The position numbers and the translations under genes were made by a program. A DNA stretch of 64,000 nucleotides from a bacterium. GTDB lineage: Bacteria; Zhuqueibacterota; QNDG01; JABMRT01. The stretch is taken from positions 4,590 through 68,589 of the forward strand of contig DSAP01000090.1 of the NCBI GenBank assembly GCA_011046415.1, read 5' to 3'. This document shows, in pieces, positions 1 to 9,101 of the stretch (positions are counted from its first letter, which is position 1; every line of letters starts with the position of its first letter). The notes beneath the pieces are model-generated. The model saw nothing but the letters and a program-made list of their open reading frames with translations. It did no database searches and was not told where the DNA came from.

Positions 1-177
1 TCTGAGCTATGGGTTCGGGCTCATGGGCACGCCCCGGGTCGCGGCGATTAAACTGGCGCGCTGGCTGACCGAAATCCCGCCTTCGGAGCGGGCCGAGGCG
101 TCGGTGATGTATACCGTCACGGCGGAGTGAGCAGAGAAGCATAAGCAGTCCCCCCCTCCGAAGGTGGAGATCCGTTG

Positions 178-771
178 TTACGGTTTCTCTCCCTCGGCCC
201 AGTAGAGCGAATCCGACTCTTCCATCCGGACGGGGACCAGGCCGGTGCGTCCGAACAGTTCCCGAATCCGGACGATGCCCGGCAGGCGGTCCCGGTTGAC
301 CGGGGCCGCCAGGGTCGCATGGAAGGCGTTGAGCCGTTCGCTCGAATCGGTATGGAGGATGAGGAGACGGCCGCCCGGTTTGAGGACGCGCGCCATTTCC
401 GAAAGCGCGCGGGGTTTGTCCTGAAAATGCGGGAAGGCGCAGAAACAGAGGATTTTATCGAAGGATCTCTCCCTGTAGGCCAGATTCATCACGTCTTCAC
501 AGCAATGATGGATGGATCCGTTTCCGCTGATTTTCCTGGACTCTGACAACATCCTTTCCGCGATGTCCTGGGCGACGACACATCCATCCCGTCCCGAGAA
601 TTCTCCGAGAAAGCGGGTCATGCGTCCGGTCCCCGCGCCGATGTCGAGGATCCGTTCTCCTTTTCCGACGTTGAATTCTTTCAGGTAATCCCGGAAATCC
701 GGCCGGCCGGGCATCCGCGCCTCCCAATCCATGGCGAGGCGGTTGAAATAATCCCGGTGGGTTTCAGCCAT
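178..771 (-). CDS. class I SAM-dependent methyltransferase
   Basis: 197-aa ORF with Rossmann SAM-binding motif ILDIGAGTGR near the N-terminus and small-molecule methyltransferase architecture. Its start is overlapped 8 nt by the upstream ORF (translational coupling). Confidence 0.8.
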   Translation of the reverse strand: MAETHRDYFNRLAMDWEARMPGRPDFRDYLKEFNVGKGERILDIGAGTGRMTRFLGEFSGRDGCVVAQDIAERMLSESRKISGNGSIHHCCEDVMNLAYRERSFDKILCFCAFPHFQDKPRALSEMARVLKPGGRLLILHTDSSERLNAFHATLAAPVNRDRLPGIVRIRELFGRTGLVPVRMEESDSLYWAEGEKP

Positions 772-1285
772 GCGGCCTCCTCAGGGCGAAAACCGGCCGA
801 TTTTCCAGACGGGAAAGCAGGGCGGGGATGAGGATCAGCATGACGATCATCCCTGGCATTCCTTTCACCAGGAGATAGAACGCGGCCGCGGTGCCCGGCA
901 GACCGATCAGGGGGGCGAGGAATTTAGTCAGGATGAAGAGGACGATGCGGGATGCGAGGAGACCGGCGAGGAGGATCCAGAAACTCCCCAGTCCGGTCCT
1001 GAAGCGCAGACCGCTGACCACGCCTCCGAGTACGGCCAGTTCGCCGGTCATCCAATACACGGTCGGAACGGGCGGCATGCCGGTGGTCAGCGTCGAGACC
1101 AGGGGCGTGAGTACGCCCGTCAGGACGGCGAAGAGCGGGGGCAGAAAAAAGGAGCCGACCGCCAGGGGCCAGAACATGGGCAGAAATACGGACCCCATTC
1201 CGATCAGATGGAAGAGGATCGGGAAGAGGACGCCGAGCGCGATGAACAGGCCGCCGAGGACGAGATGCCGGGTTTTTCCGGTCAT
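764..1285 (-). CDS. ECF-transporter S component (substrate-capture integral membrane protein), solitary
   Basis: 173 aa, about six hydrophobic helices, Pro/Gly-rich membrane segments typical of ECF S components (BioY/ThiT-like fold). No EcfA/EcfT genes nearby. Confidence 0.55.
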   Translation of the reverse strand: MTGKTRHLVLGGLFIALGVLFPILFHLIGMGSVFLPMFWPLAVGSFFLPPLFAVLTGVLTPLVSTLTTGMPPVPTVYWMTGELAVLGGVVSGLRFRTGLGSFWILLAGLLASRIVLFILTKFLAPLIGLPGTAAAFYLLVKGMPGMIVMLILIPALLSRLENRPVFALRRPHG

Positions 1286-1391
1286 GTGCGTCCCCGCGGT
1301 TTCTCAGTGGCCGGTATAATATTCACATCGGTTCTCCGGAATGGCGGGATGTTCGCGGTGAGCCGCGCCCCTCGCCGTCCCGCTCTCGAAT

Positions 1392-3257
1392 TCAGAATGT
1401 GTAGCCGATCTCGCTCATCAGCATCCGTCCGGGCATGGGATAACCGTACATGGCCTGGTACGACGCGTCGAACGCGTTTTTCAGGGCGAGTTTCGCTTCC
1501 AGCGTCTTCAGGAATCGCCAGGAGACCGACAGGTCCACCACCGTATAATCCTTCATGGGATAGAGGTTGGGGAACGGGGCGGCCGAGTCCCTGCCCGTCC
1601 AGTCCTCGACCCGGACGAGTGTCCCCGTGAGCGTCAGCCCCGAAAACCGCCAGGACACGAACCCGCTGGTCTTCCGTTTCGGCATGTTGGGGATCGGATA
1701 TTTCATGTCGATGAAGGCGGAAACGATTCCGATTTCCGCCCGATCGGATGGGAACGCCGTGATCTCGATTTCAAGCCCCTTGTTCTCGATTTTCCCGACA
1801 TTGGTGAGTTGGAAACCCGACCCCGAGGCGCGTCGCGCCGGCGCGATCAGGTTGTCTCCGGTGATACGGAAAACGGCGGCGTCGATTTTCAGGATGCGTC
1901 CGATTTGCTGTCCGAATCCCGCTTCCAGGTTCCAGATTTCGTCGGGTTTGAGCGCCTCGTTCCGCGACGGGAAGAAATAGAGTTCCCGGATCGACGGACT
2001 GCGGAATCCCTTGGAGAAGTCCATGCGCACCGTACGGGTCTGGGTCACCTGGGCGACCAGGCCCAGCTTGGGTATCGAGACGGTCCCGAAGAGATCGTGG
2101 TGCTCCAGCCGGTATCCGGCGGAGAGGAGCAGGCGCGCCGGGAGGAGCTGCTGGATATGGATGTAAGGCGCATATTCCAGGATCGTTTTTTCCGTATACG
2201 CCACGCTGCCTTCGGCGTGGCCGCCGTACCGTTTCAGGTCGAATCCGATCGTCGTGGTGTTGCCGCGGATGGGCCGCATGTTGTGGTACGCGATCAGGCC
2301 GGTCATCCGGTCGGAGGAACGCCATCCGTCCGAGAATCGGTGCCGTCCGAAGTTGCCGTGCCATTTCAGATAGGATTCCCCGTAACGGCTCCTATGGTTC
2401 AGCGTCACGTCTCCGCCCCAGCGCAGGATGTCGTACCAGTCGTCGGTTTTCGGCGTAGTGGCAAATCCCGGATCGTAGAGATACAGATCGGCCAGGCTGG
2501 CGTTGACATCCATTGAGGTTTTTGAATTCAATGCATAGGACACGTTCCCCGTGAAGAAATTGCCTTCATAGGTGTTTTTGGCGTCTTTCCGGAAACCGTC
2601 TGTGCTCCGGCGCGCGGCGGTCAGGTTGTAAGACCATCTGCCCTTTCTCAGACTGTGCCGGAGGCCGAAGTCTTGGGTGTTGTAAGCGCCGTATCCGGCG
2701 TTCAGCCGGGTGCTGAAACCCTCCGCCTCCTTTTTCCCGGAGATGATGTTGATCACGCCGGCCGTGGCGTTGCTGCCATACAGGAAACTGGCCGGTCCGC
2801 GGACGACTTCGATGTGATCCACGCCATCCACGGAAAATTCATCCGCGATGGTGCAGCCCATCAGTCCCATGAAATCGGGGCGGCCGTTGCGCAGGATCAT
2901 CACGTGGGTGTCGGCCGTTCCGCCGATGCCGCGCATGGACAATTTGCCGGCGGCTACGCCGGCCGCGCCGTACCCCATCACATTCCATTGTGTCAGATGA
3001 AGGCCGGGAACATAGGTGTTGACCGCATCCAGTGCGGCATGGCTCGGGACCGATTGAATCCGGGCAGGCGTGATGACCGAGATGCTGGCGGCCAGATCCC
3101 GCTGCGCGCCCGCGGTCCGCGTTCCCGTCTTGACGACGGGGTTGAAGTAATAACGGACCGAGATGGAATCGGAGGCAGAAGCCGGTACTTTCGCGGAAAA
3201 CACAGCCGGGGAGGACAGAAAGATACAGAGAATCGAGAGAAAACATACATGCTTCAT
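1392..3257 (-). CDS. TonB-dependent outer-membrane receptor (about 620 aa, vitamin/small-ligand size class)
   Basis: Signal peptide MKHVCFLSILCIFLSSPAVFSA, plug-domain motifs (VVRGPASFLYGSNATAGVINII), long beta-barrel, C-terminal aromatic YTF. Start set at the Met that begins the signal peptide. Confidence 0.9.
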   Translation of the reverse strand: MKHVCFLSILCIFLSSPAVFSAKVPASASDSISVRYYFNPVVKTGTRTAGAQRDLAASISVITPARIQSVPSHAALDAVNTYVPGLHLTQWNVMGYGAAGVAAGKLSMRGIGGTADTHVMILRNGRPDFMGLMGCTIADEFSVDGVDHIEVVRGPASFLYGSNATAGVINIISGKKEAEGFSTRLNAGYGAYNTQDFGLRHSLRKGRWSYNLTAARRSTDGFRKDAKNTYEGNFFTGNVSYALNSKTSMDVNASLADLYLYDPGFATTPKTDDWYDILRWGGDVTLNHRSRYGESYLKWHGNFGRHRFSDGWRSSDRMTGLIAYHNMRPIRGNTTTIGFDLKRYGGHAEGSVAYTEKTILEYAPYIHIQQLLPARLLLSAGYRLEHHDLFGTVSIPKLGLVAQVTQTRTVRMDFSKGFRSPSIRELYFFPSRNEALKPDEIWNLEAGFGQQIGRILKIDAAVFRITGDNLIAPARRASGSGFQLTNVGKIENKGLEIEITAFPSDRAEIGIVSAFIDMKYPIPNMPKRKTSGFVSWRFSGLTLTGTLVRVEDWTGRDSAAPFPNLYPMKDYTVVDLSVSWRFLKTLEAKLALKNAFDASYQAMYGYPMPGRMLMSEIGYTF

Positions 3258-3305
3258 GGAAAGTCCCTCCGGCAGAAGTAACACGAAATATATAATTGTA
3301 ACACA

Positions 3306-3334
3306 AATATAGACTATTTTCTTTTCATCGTCAA
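3306..3334 (-). promoter_or_regulatory. sigma-70-like promoter for the TonB-dependent receptor (minus strand TTGACG-N17-TATATT)
   Basis: On the minus strand: TTGACG (plus 3329-3334), 17-nt spacer, TATATT (plus 3306-3311), about 45 nt upstream of the receptor start. The 5' UTR is too short for a riboswitch. Confidence 0.4.
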
Positions 3335-3479
3335 GAAAAAACTTGCTTTTTTTATATTCCGAACCGGTCCGCGGAAAATCCTCCCGATCCTGCAGGTTTT
3401 TCTTTCAGGAAGGGCGGAAGATTTCGTATATTGCTTCGTCCTGATACGTGGTCCGGATTTCACCCATCGAGGAGCCGAT

Positions 3480-3971
3480 ATGGATGATCAAAAACTTTTC
3501 CTGGGGTATCCCGTGAAGCTACGGGGGGAAGGCATGTCCAGACAGCGGTTGCGTGCGATCCGGAAAGGATTACGCACGCTCCATACGCTCGAGGTCATGG
3601 CGGTTCAGATCTACCGGTTTCAGGCAACGGGCGGGTCGCTGGATCTGCGCCCCCATCTGATCGCGGCCATGCAGAACGAGATGCGGCATGTCGAGGATTT
3701 TCTCGTCAAACTGCTCGAATACGGTTTTCGTCCCGCCTGGAACCGCTGGATGTACTGGCTCGTGGGCTGGTTCTTCGGATACGGTTCCCGGATTCTCGGC
3801 CGTGAACACATCCTGAAGACCGGCATCTGGGTCGAGGACAAAGCCGTTCACCATTACGGGGAATTGCTGGAGACCGTGGAATGGGACGAGGACACCCGGC
3901 CGATCGTCGAGAAAGACCGGGAGGATGAACGGCATCACATCCGGCTCTGGCAGAGCCTCCAAAACGGTTAA
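3480..3971 (+). CDS. COQ7-like (demethoxyubiquinone hydroxylase family) di-iron ferritin-like protein
   Basis: H-x-x-E...IY..Q and EMRHVEDF...RP motifs resemble the COQ7 di-iron ligand pattern; 163 aa. Confidence 0.5.
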   Translation: MDDQKLFLGYPVKLRGEGMSRQRLRAIRKGLRTLHTLEVMAVQIYRFQATGGSLDLRPHLIAAMQNEMRHVEDFLVKLLEYGFRPAWNRWMYWLVGWFFGYGSRILGREHILKTGIWVEDKAVHHYGELLETVEWDEDTRPIVEKDREDERHHIRLWQSLQNG

Positions 3972-4025
3972 TATCAGGGCAGTCTTTGACGCATCTTTGC
4001 TGGAACGACGATCCGATGTCCGTTT

Positions 4026-4508
4026 TCAGGGGGTCTTGCGTGCAGGGTCCTTCTGATCCGCCGTCCGGATGAAGGGGAAGGGTTCCGCCTGGTTCAGGGT
4101 TTCCCGCAGGTCGCGCAGATCCGGTTTCGATCGGGACAGGCCGCCCCTGAGCCCTCGGACTGCGAAACCGTCCGCTTTCAAACCGAAAAAACCTCTGCGG
4201 AAGTGGAGCGCCACCTCCACGGGATAGTGTTCTTCTCCCTTGATCCGCCAGACCACCTCACGCACCACCCCTTTGTGTATCTGCTCGAAACAGTAATCGA
4301 TATGGGGGCCTTCGAGACTGAATTGGCCGGAAAGTTTATGGCGGCCGAACTCCGACAGGGATTCTTTCACGACCGCGTCGAACCGATCCGAGATTTTCCT
4401 GAACGGTCCCTCGGGTGCGTGGTGTTTTCTGCCGTATCGCTCATGAGCCTCGAGTGATTTCTCGATGAGTTTGATGCGAGGATTCGTATCATCCGGCGCG
4501 TCTGTCAT
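4026..4508 (-). CDS. hypothetical protein
   Basis: 160-aa ORF in a coding-like frame with no recognisable motif. Confidence 0.4.
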   Translation of the reverse strand: MTDAPDDTNPRIKLIEKSLEAHERYGRKHHAPEGPFRKISDRFDAVVKESLSEFGRHKLSGQFSLEGPHIDYCFEQIHKGVVREVVWRIKGEEHYPVEVALHFRRGFFGLKADGFAVRGLRGGLSRSKPDLRDLRETLNQAEPFPFIRTADQKDPARKTP

Positions 4509-4682
4509 TTCCGTTTCCCCTCAGATATCCGGATTGTTTCTTCTTGGCTGAAACATTCCGAATAATGCAGTAAGGAATCAAAACAACGCAAACCCGATTC
4601 GCAGGCCGTCCGAAAGCTAATGAACCCGACGTTCAATGTCAAGCAAAAAAAGAGGCTTCTAATTGGTTGAATAATCGGAAAG

Positions 4683-5549
4683 TTATGGGAAAAATTTCAG
4701 CGCGATCATCTTATGGATGAGTTTGGCCACGGCAAAGGGTGAATTCGGATCGTCCTCCCGGCAGGAGAGTTCGACCACATCGAATCCGACCACCTTTTTA
4801 TTGCTGAAGATCGTGGCCAGCAGGGCGAGGATTTCGTCCCATGTCATGCCGCCGGGTTCGGGCGTCCCGGTCGTGCGTACGACGCTCCAGTCCAGCACAT
4901 CGACGTCGAGGGTGATGAATACGGGATCGGGGAGGGCTTCGACGGCCGTTCGGAGGTCGAAGGCGCCTTTCCGGAATGCGTCCATCGTGCAGAGCTGGAT
5001 CTTTTCCGTCCGGATCCGGTCGGCTTCTTCCGCGGACATGCTCCGGATGCCGATCTGCAAGGTGTGTTCGGTCTCTTCGCGGATACGCGACATCACGCTG
5101 GCGTGGCTGAGGCGGCTTCCCTGATACGAATCTCTCAGATCCGCATGGGCGTCGAGCTGGATGACGGAGACGGCGCCGTGTTTTTCGCGGAGCGCCCGGT
5201 AATAACCGCCCGTGATCGAATGGTCACCGCCGATGACGACCGGAAATTTGTCCCGTTCCAGTATCGCTTTTGCCGCGTCTTGAATGGACTGGATCATCCT
5301 CTCCGGCGTGCTCGGGATGGCGGGCGGGGTGAGTGTGGATATGCCGATTTTGTACGGTTCCGTATCCAGCACTTCATCATAGAGTTCCACATAATACGAG
5401 GCGTCGATCACGGCATCCGGCGCCCCTGCCGTGCCCGCACCGCAGGAGATGCCTCCCTCGTAGGGGAAGGGAAGGATCGCCACGGCGGATGTATCCAGAT
5501 CCGTGAATTCGGGTTCCAGGTCCAGAAATTGTTTATGATACAGCTTCAT
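4683..5549 (-). CDS. speB: agmatinase (arginase/ureohydrolase family)
   Basis: Mn-binding motifs GGDHS, DAHADL and DVDVLD; 288 aa; overlaps the upstream deoxyhypusine-synthase-like gene by 17 nt. Confidence 0.9.
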   Translation of the reverse strand: MKLYHKQFLDLEPEFTDLDTSAVAILPFPYEGGISCGAGTAGAPDAVIDASYYVELYDEVLDTEPYKIGISTLTPPAIPSTPERMIQSIQDAAKAILERDKFPVVIGGDHSITGGYYRALREKHGAVSVIQLDAHADLRDSYQGSRLSHASVMSRIREETEHTLQIGIRSMSAEEADRIRTEKIQLCTMDAFRKGAFDLRTAVEALPDPVFITLDVDVLDWSVVRTTGTPEPGGMTWDEILALLATIFSNKKVVGFDVVELSCREDDPNSPFAVAKLIHKMIALKFFP

Positions 5550-6621
5550 CCTGTCCTGCCGAATCGAGTTTTTGCATCATTCCGGGAATCATCGAAAGGA
5601 GTCTCCGGTACGGACGCGGAGGATTCAATTCCAGCACATAGGCGGCGAGCAGGGGGAAAATGACGCTGTATTCGCCCCAGATCTGGACCAGCTTGTCCTC
5701 ATCGGCGGTCTGGTACTTGCCCCAGGTGACGGCCTCGCCGAAGGTGCAGCTCGACAGGCTGCCTTCCCGTTCCACGGCCGTGCCGATCTGGAGCCCCCGG
5801 TCGGCCCCCTCGAAGTCGACCCCGAGAATCTGGCTGATGGTCGGACCCGTCTGCTGGATGAAATTTTTCGGTCCGCCGCCTCCGAGTTCCACGAAACCGG
5901 TGCCGCCCGAGGCATAGGCGACCGCCGCGGATTCCAGAATGTCACGCTGGGCCGAGAGCCGGACCGGAAACCCCTCGCGGTCCGTGCGTGCCAGATTCAT
6001 GGCGATCGAGTGGTTGCTGTGGGAATCCCAGAATATGGGGACGCCCAGTTTCGCCGCGACCGCGACGAAACTGAGATCCGGATGCGGGGCGTTCTCGAGG
6101 GTCCATCTGCCGAGACGTTCGTTGAATTCCCAGCTTGCCAGGACCTTTCCGGACAGGGCCGCATGGTCTTCGCGGACGAAACGCCGGATGATGGCATCCT
6201 GGGCTTCGAGCGTCTCTTTTTCCCGGATCCCGATGTCGTAGATCCGCGTGTCTCCATGACGGCGAAGCTGATTGTCGTCACAGTGCGGGCTGATGGCTTT
6301 GACGGGCAATCCGAAGGCGAAATGCAGGTCGTGGTAGACCTGGGCGCCCGTCGAACAGACGATGTCGATGAATCCGTCTTCGAGGAGCGAGATCACCGCT
6401 CCTCCCATGCCGCCTGCGATGCCCGCGCCCGCGATGCCGAGCCAGATGGTGTCCCCGTTTTCGATCATCCTTCGGAACAGTTCCGCGCCGCGATAGACGT
6501 TTCTCGCCTCGAAGGCCGTGCGTCCCATATGGCCGAGCAGATCGGACGCACGCATCCCCTTTTCCAGCCGTTCAGGCCGGATATCCGGGGCGTCTTCAAA
6601 CAGGGACCGTTGGGAATTCAT
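5533..6621 (-). CDS. deoxyhypusine synthase-like protein (homospermidine-synthase-like)
   Basis: About 360 aa from MNSQRS; Gly-rich NAD-binding stretch GIAGAGIAGGMGG and deoxyhypusine-synthase-family conservation; overlaps the end of the arginine decarboxylase gene. Confidence 0.8.
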   Translation of the reverse strand: MNSQRSLFEDAPDIRPERLEKGMRASDLLGHMGRTAFEARNVYRGAELFRRMIENGDTIWLGIAGAGIAGGMGGAVISLLEDGFIDIVCSTGAQVYHDLHFAFGLPVKAISPHCDDNQLRRHGDTRIYDIGIREKETLEAQDAIIRRFVREDHAALSGKVLASWEFNERLGRWTLENAPHPDLSFVAVAAKLGVPIFWDSHSNHSIAMNLARTDREGFPVRLSAQRDILESAAVAYASGGTGFVELGGGGPKNFIQQTGPTISQILGVDFEGADRGLQIGTAVEREGSLSSCTFGEAVTWGKYQTADEDKLVQIWGEYSVIFPLLAAYVLELNPPRPYRRLLSMIPGMMQKLDSAGQDEAVS

Positions 6622-6631
6622 GATTTCATTC

Positions 6632-7180
6632 TCAATCGAGAAGCATGACCGCTGCGGCGAGGACGGTGGTCCAGAGTCCGTCCTTGTGGCCGCGCGCGGA
6701 CTGGCAGATGCTGCGGCTGATGAACTGGCGGTTTTTATCCGCGACATAGAGCTGTTTCCGCTCGTCCCATGCCACATCCGGATCGAGTTCGATGCCGAGG
6801 GTCGAGGCCAACATGGTCGCGGCCAGGTCTTCCGCGAAGTCGGAGGCCTTCTTCATGGTTTCACCGAACGCATGATGCTCGCTGATGTATCCGTACTGGA
6901 TCTTATCCTTGGGGTGGGCGAGTCCGATAGCGGAAGCGACCAGGCGATTGGGCTCATTCGTACATTCGCGCGCCATGACGACGAAGGTAATCTGACCGGG
7001 ACTCAGCTGTTTCTCGCCTTTTTCGCGGGAGATGATCTTGCAGTTGGGGGGGAAAATGCTCGACACGGTCACGAGATTGCAGATCTCGATCCCCGCGTCG
7101 CGAAGGGCGAGTTCGAAACTCTGCAGTTTGTTGCGGTGATACCCCATGCCCTTGGTGAAGAACATTTGTTTGGGCGTCAT
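6632..7180 (-). CDS. pyruvoyl-dependent arginine decarboxylase (PvlArgDC)
   Basis: About 183 aa beginning [13 protein letters not shown], characteristic of PvlArgDC; GGAGG ribosome-binding site upstream. Confidence 0.8.
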   Translation of the reverse strand: MTPKQMFFTKGMGYHRNKLQSFELALRDAGIEICNLVTVSSIFPPNCKIISREKGEKQLSPGQITFVVMARECTNEPNRLVASAIGLAHPKDKIQYGYISEHHAFGETMKKASDFAEDLAATMLASTLGIELDPDVAWDERKQLYVADKNRQFISRSICQSARGHKDGLWTTVLAAAVMLLD

Positions 7181-7573
7181 CTTATTCACATTGGCCTCCG
7201 TCCTCGATGTAATCGTCCAATGCAAGGGTTTCAGGAAAAATAACCGATCAAGATACCGAACTCCTGGATAAAAATCAATAAAAAATAAATTTTTATTTGA
7301 ATTTTTCGGTGCGGCGATTCACGCAGAAGAAGAGACGGGGGGACAGGATCGAACCGGAGACCCCGTACCGGATCGGCGGAGACTGGCAGAGTCGTCCGGA
7401 TTGTGAGGTACAAACGGCCGGATCCGTGCGGACCGTTTGAATGAGAAAACACCCTGTTTGCGTACCCGCCGGAGGGATGTTAAACCCCGCCATTCCGTAT
7501 TCAGGTCCTGAGAAACCAAGCAGGGCGGCCGGCCTTCTATCCATTCCGGTGATTTCCGGAAGACCGGTCGCGT

Positions 7574-8221
7574 TCAGCGCCTTGCGAGTCTGAAATCGAT
7601 TGGGATGGAAATTTTGACTTTCACCGGCCTGTCCCGCTGCAACGCAGGTTTCCATCGGATGGCGCGCACGGCAGCTTCCGCCGCTTCGTCGCATCCGTTG
7701 GGTCCCAGAGATTTCAGGATTTCCGTTTTCACGACCTGACCGGTTTCGTCGATATAGGCCATCACGATGACACGGCCTTCGATGCCGGAAATACGCGCGA
7801 TCTCGGGATAGACGAGATACTTCAGGATGGCCGGATACCCTCCGATGGGTTCGGGCCGGGTCTCAACGACCTCGAAGAAAAACGATTCTTCGGGTTCAAC
7901 CGATCTCCAGATGGGCGGCATTTCGCTGATTTTGTCCCACTCCCGGATATCCGGGATGTCGAGTTCCAGGAGATCCGTTTCCTTCTCGGCGGGGATGGGG
8001 ATAGAAGGACGTTGGGGCGGGACGGTCTTTTTTTCCACGAGGGTTTGCGGCGTTTCCGTCAGGGGGATGGGGCCGGGATTCTCAAAAAAAGTCCTGGAAT
8101 CCCGAAGGAATCTTTTGTTTCCCTGCAGGATCACGATGCAAAGAGAAAGCGCGATGATCAGGCCCAGTTCGAACAAACGCGTGTGCTCAAACCGACGTTC
8201 TGTGAAAATCTGGATGTCCAT
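7574..8221 (-). CDS. TonB-family energy transducer (N-terminal membrane anchor, Pro-rich linker, TonB C-terminal domain)
   Basis: TM helix LGLIIALSLCIVIL, proline-rich spacer, TonB C-terminal-like GYPAILKYLVYPEIARISGIEGRVIVMAYIDETGQV; start taken at MDIQIF. Confidence 0.7.
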   Translation of the reverse strand: MDIQIFTERRFEHTRLFELGLIIALSLCIVILQGNKRFLRDSRTFFENPGPIPLTETPQTLVEKKTVPPQRPSIPIPAEKETDLLELDIPDIREWDKISEMPPIWRSVEPEESFFFEVVETRPEPIGGYPAILKYLVYPEIARISGIEGRVIVMAYIDETGQVVKTEILKSLGPNGCDEAAEAAVRAIRWKPALQRDRPVKVKISIPIDFRLARR

Positions 8222-8283
8222 GGCGATCCTCCTTTCTTGCGGGAATGGTTCTTTTATCGTCACCGCTCCGGGATTTCTCCGCC

Positions 8284-8511
8284 TCATCTCTGACGCAGGA
8301 GGAAGAAAATGATAAAGAGACAGATCAGCATGAGCAGGATGGACATCAGCGCCCAGAAACCCGGATAGATTCTAAAAATCAACCCGAACCGGCGGCGGTC
8401 ACGCCGTCGCGCCAGGACTTGTCGCCAGATTTCATGACGGAGATGCGCCATGTCGCGTTCCGGCGGCCGGCTCATTTTCAGGATTTGTTCGATGTCGTTC
8501 ATGGTTTTCAT
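8284..8511 (-). CDS. small single-pass anti-sigma-factor-like membrane protein
   Basis: 75 aa; charged N-terminus, one C-terminal TM helix; sits directly downstream of the ECF sigma gene. Confidence 0.4.
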   Translation of the reverse strand: MKTMNDIEQILKMSRPPERDMAHLRHEIWRQVLARRRDRRRFGLIFRIYPGFWALMSILLMLICLFIIFFLLRQR

Positions 8512-8517
8512 AGCTGT

Positions 8518-9101
8518 TTTTTCAGTTGTTCGAGACCTCGTCGGATCTGTGTTTTGATCGTATTCTCGGGAATATGGAGGATGACCGCGATCTCGCGGAT
8601 CGGCAATTCCTCGTAATAACGTAAGGTCAGCACATCCTGATAACGCGGTTTGATTTTGTGCAGTGCCCGGAGCACACGGGCTGATTTGAGCTAGATTTCC
8701 TTTTGGTCTTCCTCGGCGGCGATTCCGGAGTCGGTGGAACTGTCCCCCGGGAGGACGGCAATCCGGGGTTCTGTCAGTCGTACCAGCTTCCGGTTCCTGC
8801 GGAAATGCTGGTGGATCTCATTGGTGGCGATCCGGTAGAGCCAGGCCGAGAAGGGCAGGCCTTTCCATTCGAAGTGCTGGATCCCATCCAGGGCTTTCAG
8901 GAAGGTGGAAGCGGTTAGGTCTTTCGTGAGCGTCTCGTCGCCCGTGCGCCGGAGGATATAATTGGAAATGGTCCCGTAGTATTTGTCGAAGAGAAATCGA
9001 AAGGCGGCCGGATCGGATTTCGACGCGGCAATCCATTTTTTGTCATCTGTGAACTCCGTATTCACGGACGCACCGCTTTTCGGGGTCTGCTTTCTCTTCA
9101 C
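8518..9101 (-). pseudogene. ECF (sigma-70 family) sigma factor interrupted by an in-frame TAG at 8691-8693
   Basis: Region 2 (FRFLFDKYYGTISNYILRR...) is encoded at 8694-9101 and region 4 (LPIREIAVILHIPENTIKTQIRRGLEQL) at 8518-8690 in the same frame, separated only by a TAG. GTG start at 9101. Confidence 0.7.

Noticed and set aside
3258-3480. Possible cobalamin/TPP riboswitch upstream of the TonB-dependent receptor
   Set aside because: No B12-box (GCCACTG) or TPP-like core on either strand; the predicted promoter leaves only about a 45-nt 5' UTR, too short for a riboswitch.
7336-7366. tRNA/tmRNA-like T-loop motif (GGTTCGATCC on the minus strand)
   Set aside because: Could not build T-stem or acceptor-stem pairing or a CCA-compatible end around it by hand; left as an uncertain observation, not a tRNA feature.
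8691-8693. Alternative genetic code (TAG reassigned) as explanation for the in-frame TAG in the sigma factor
   Set aside because: TAG terminates at least two well-supported genes in this window (29089-29091 and 29861-29863), so ordinary code 11 applies.
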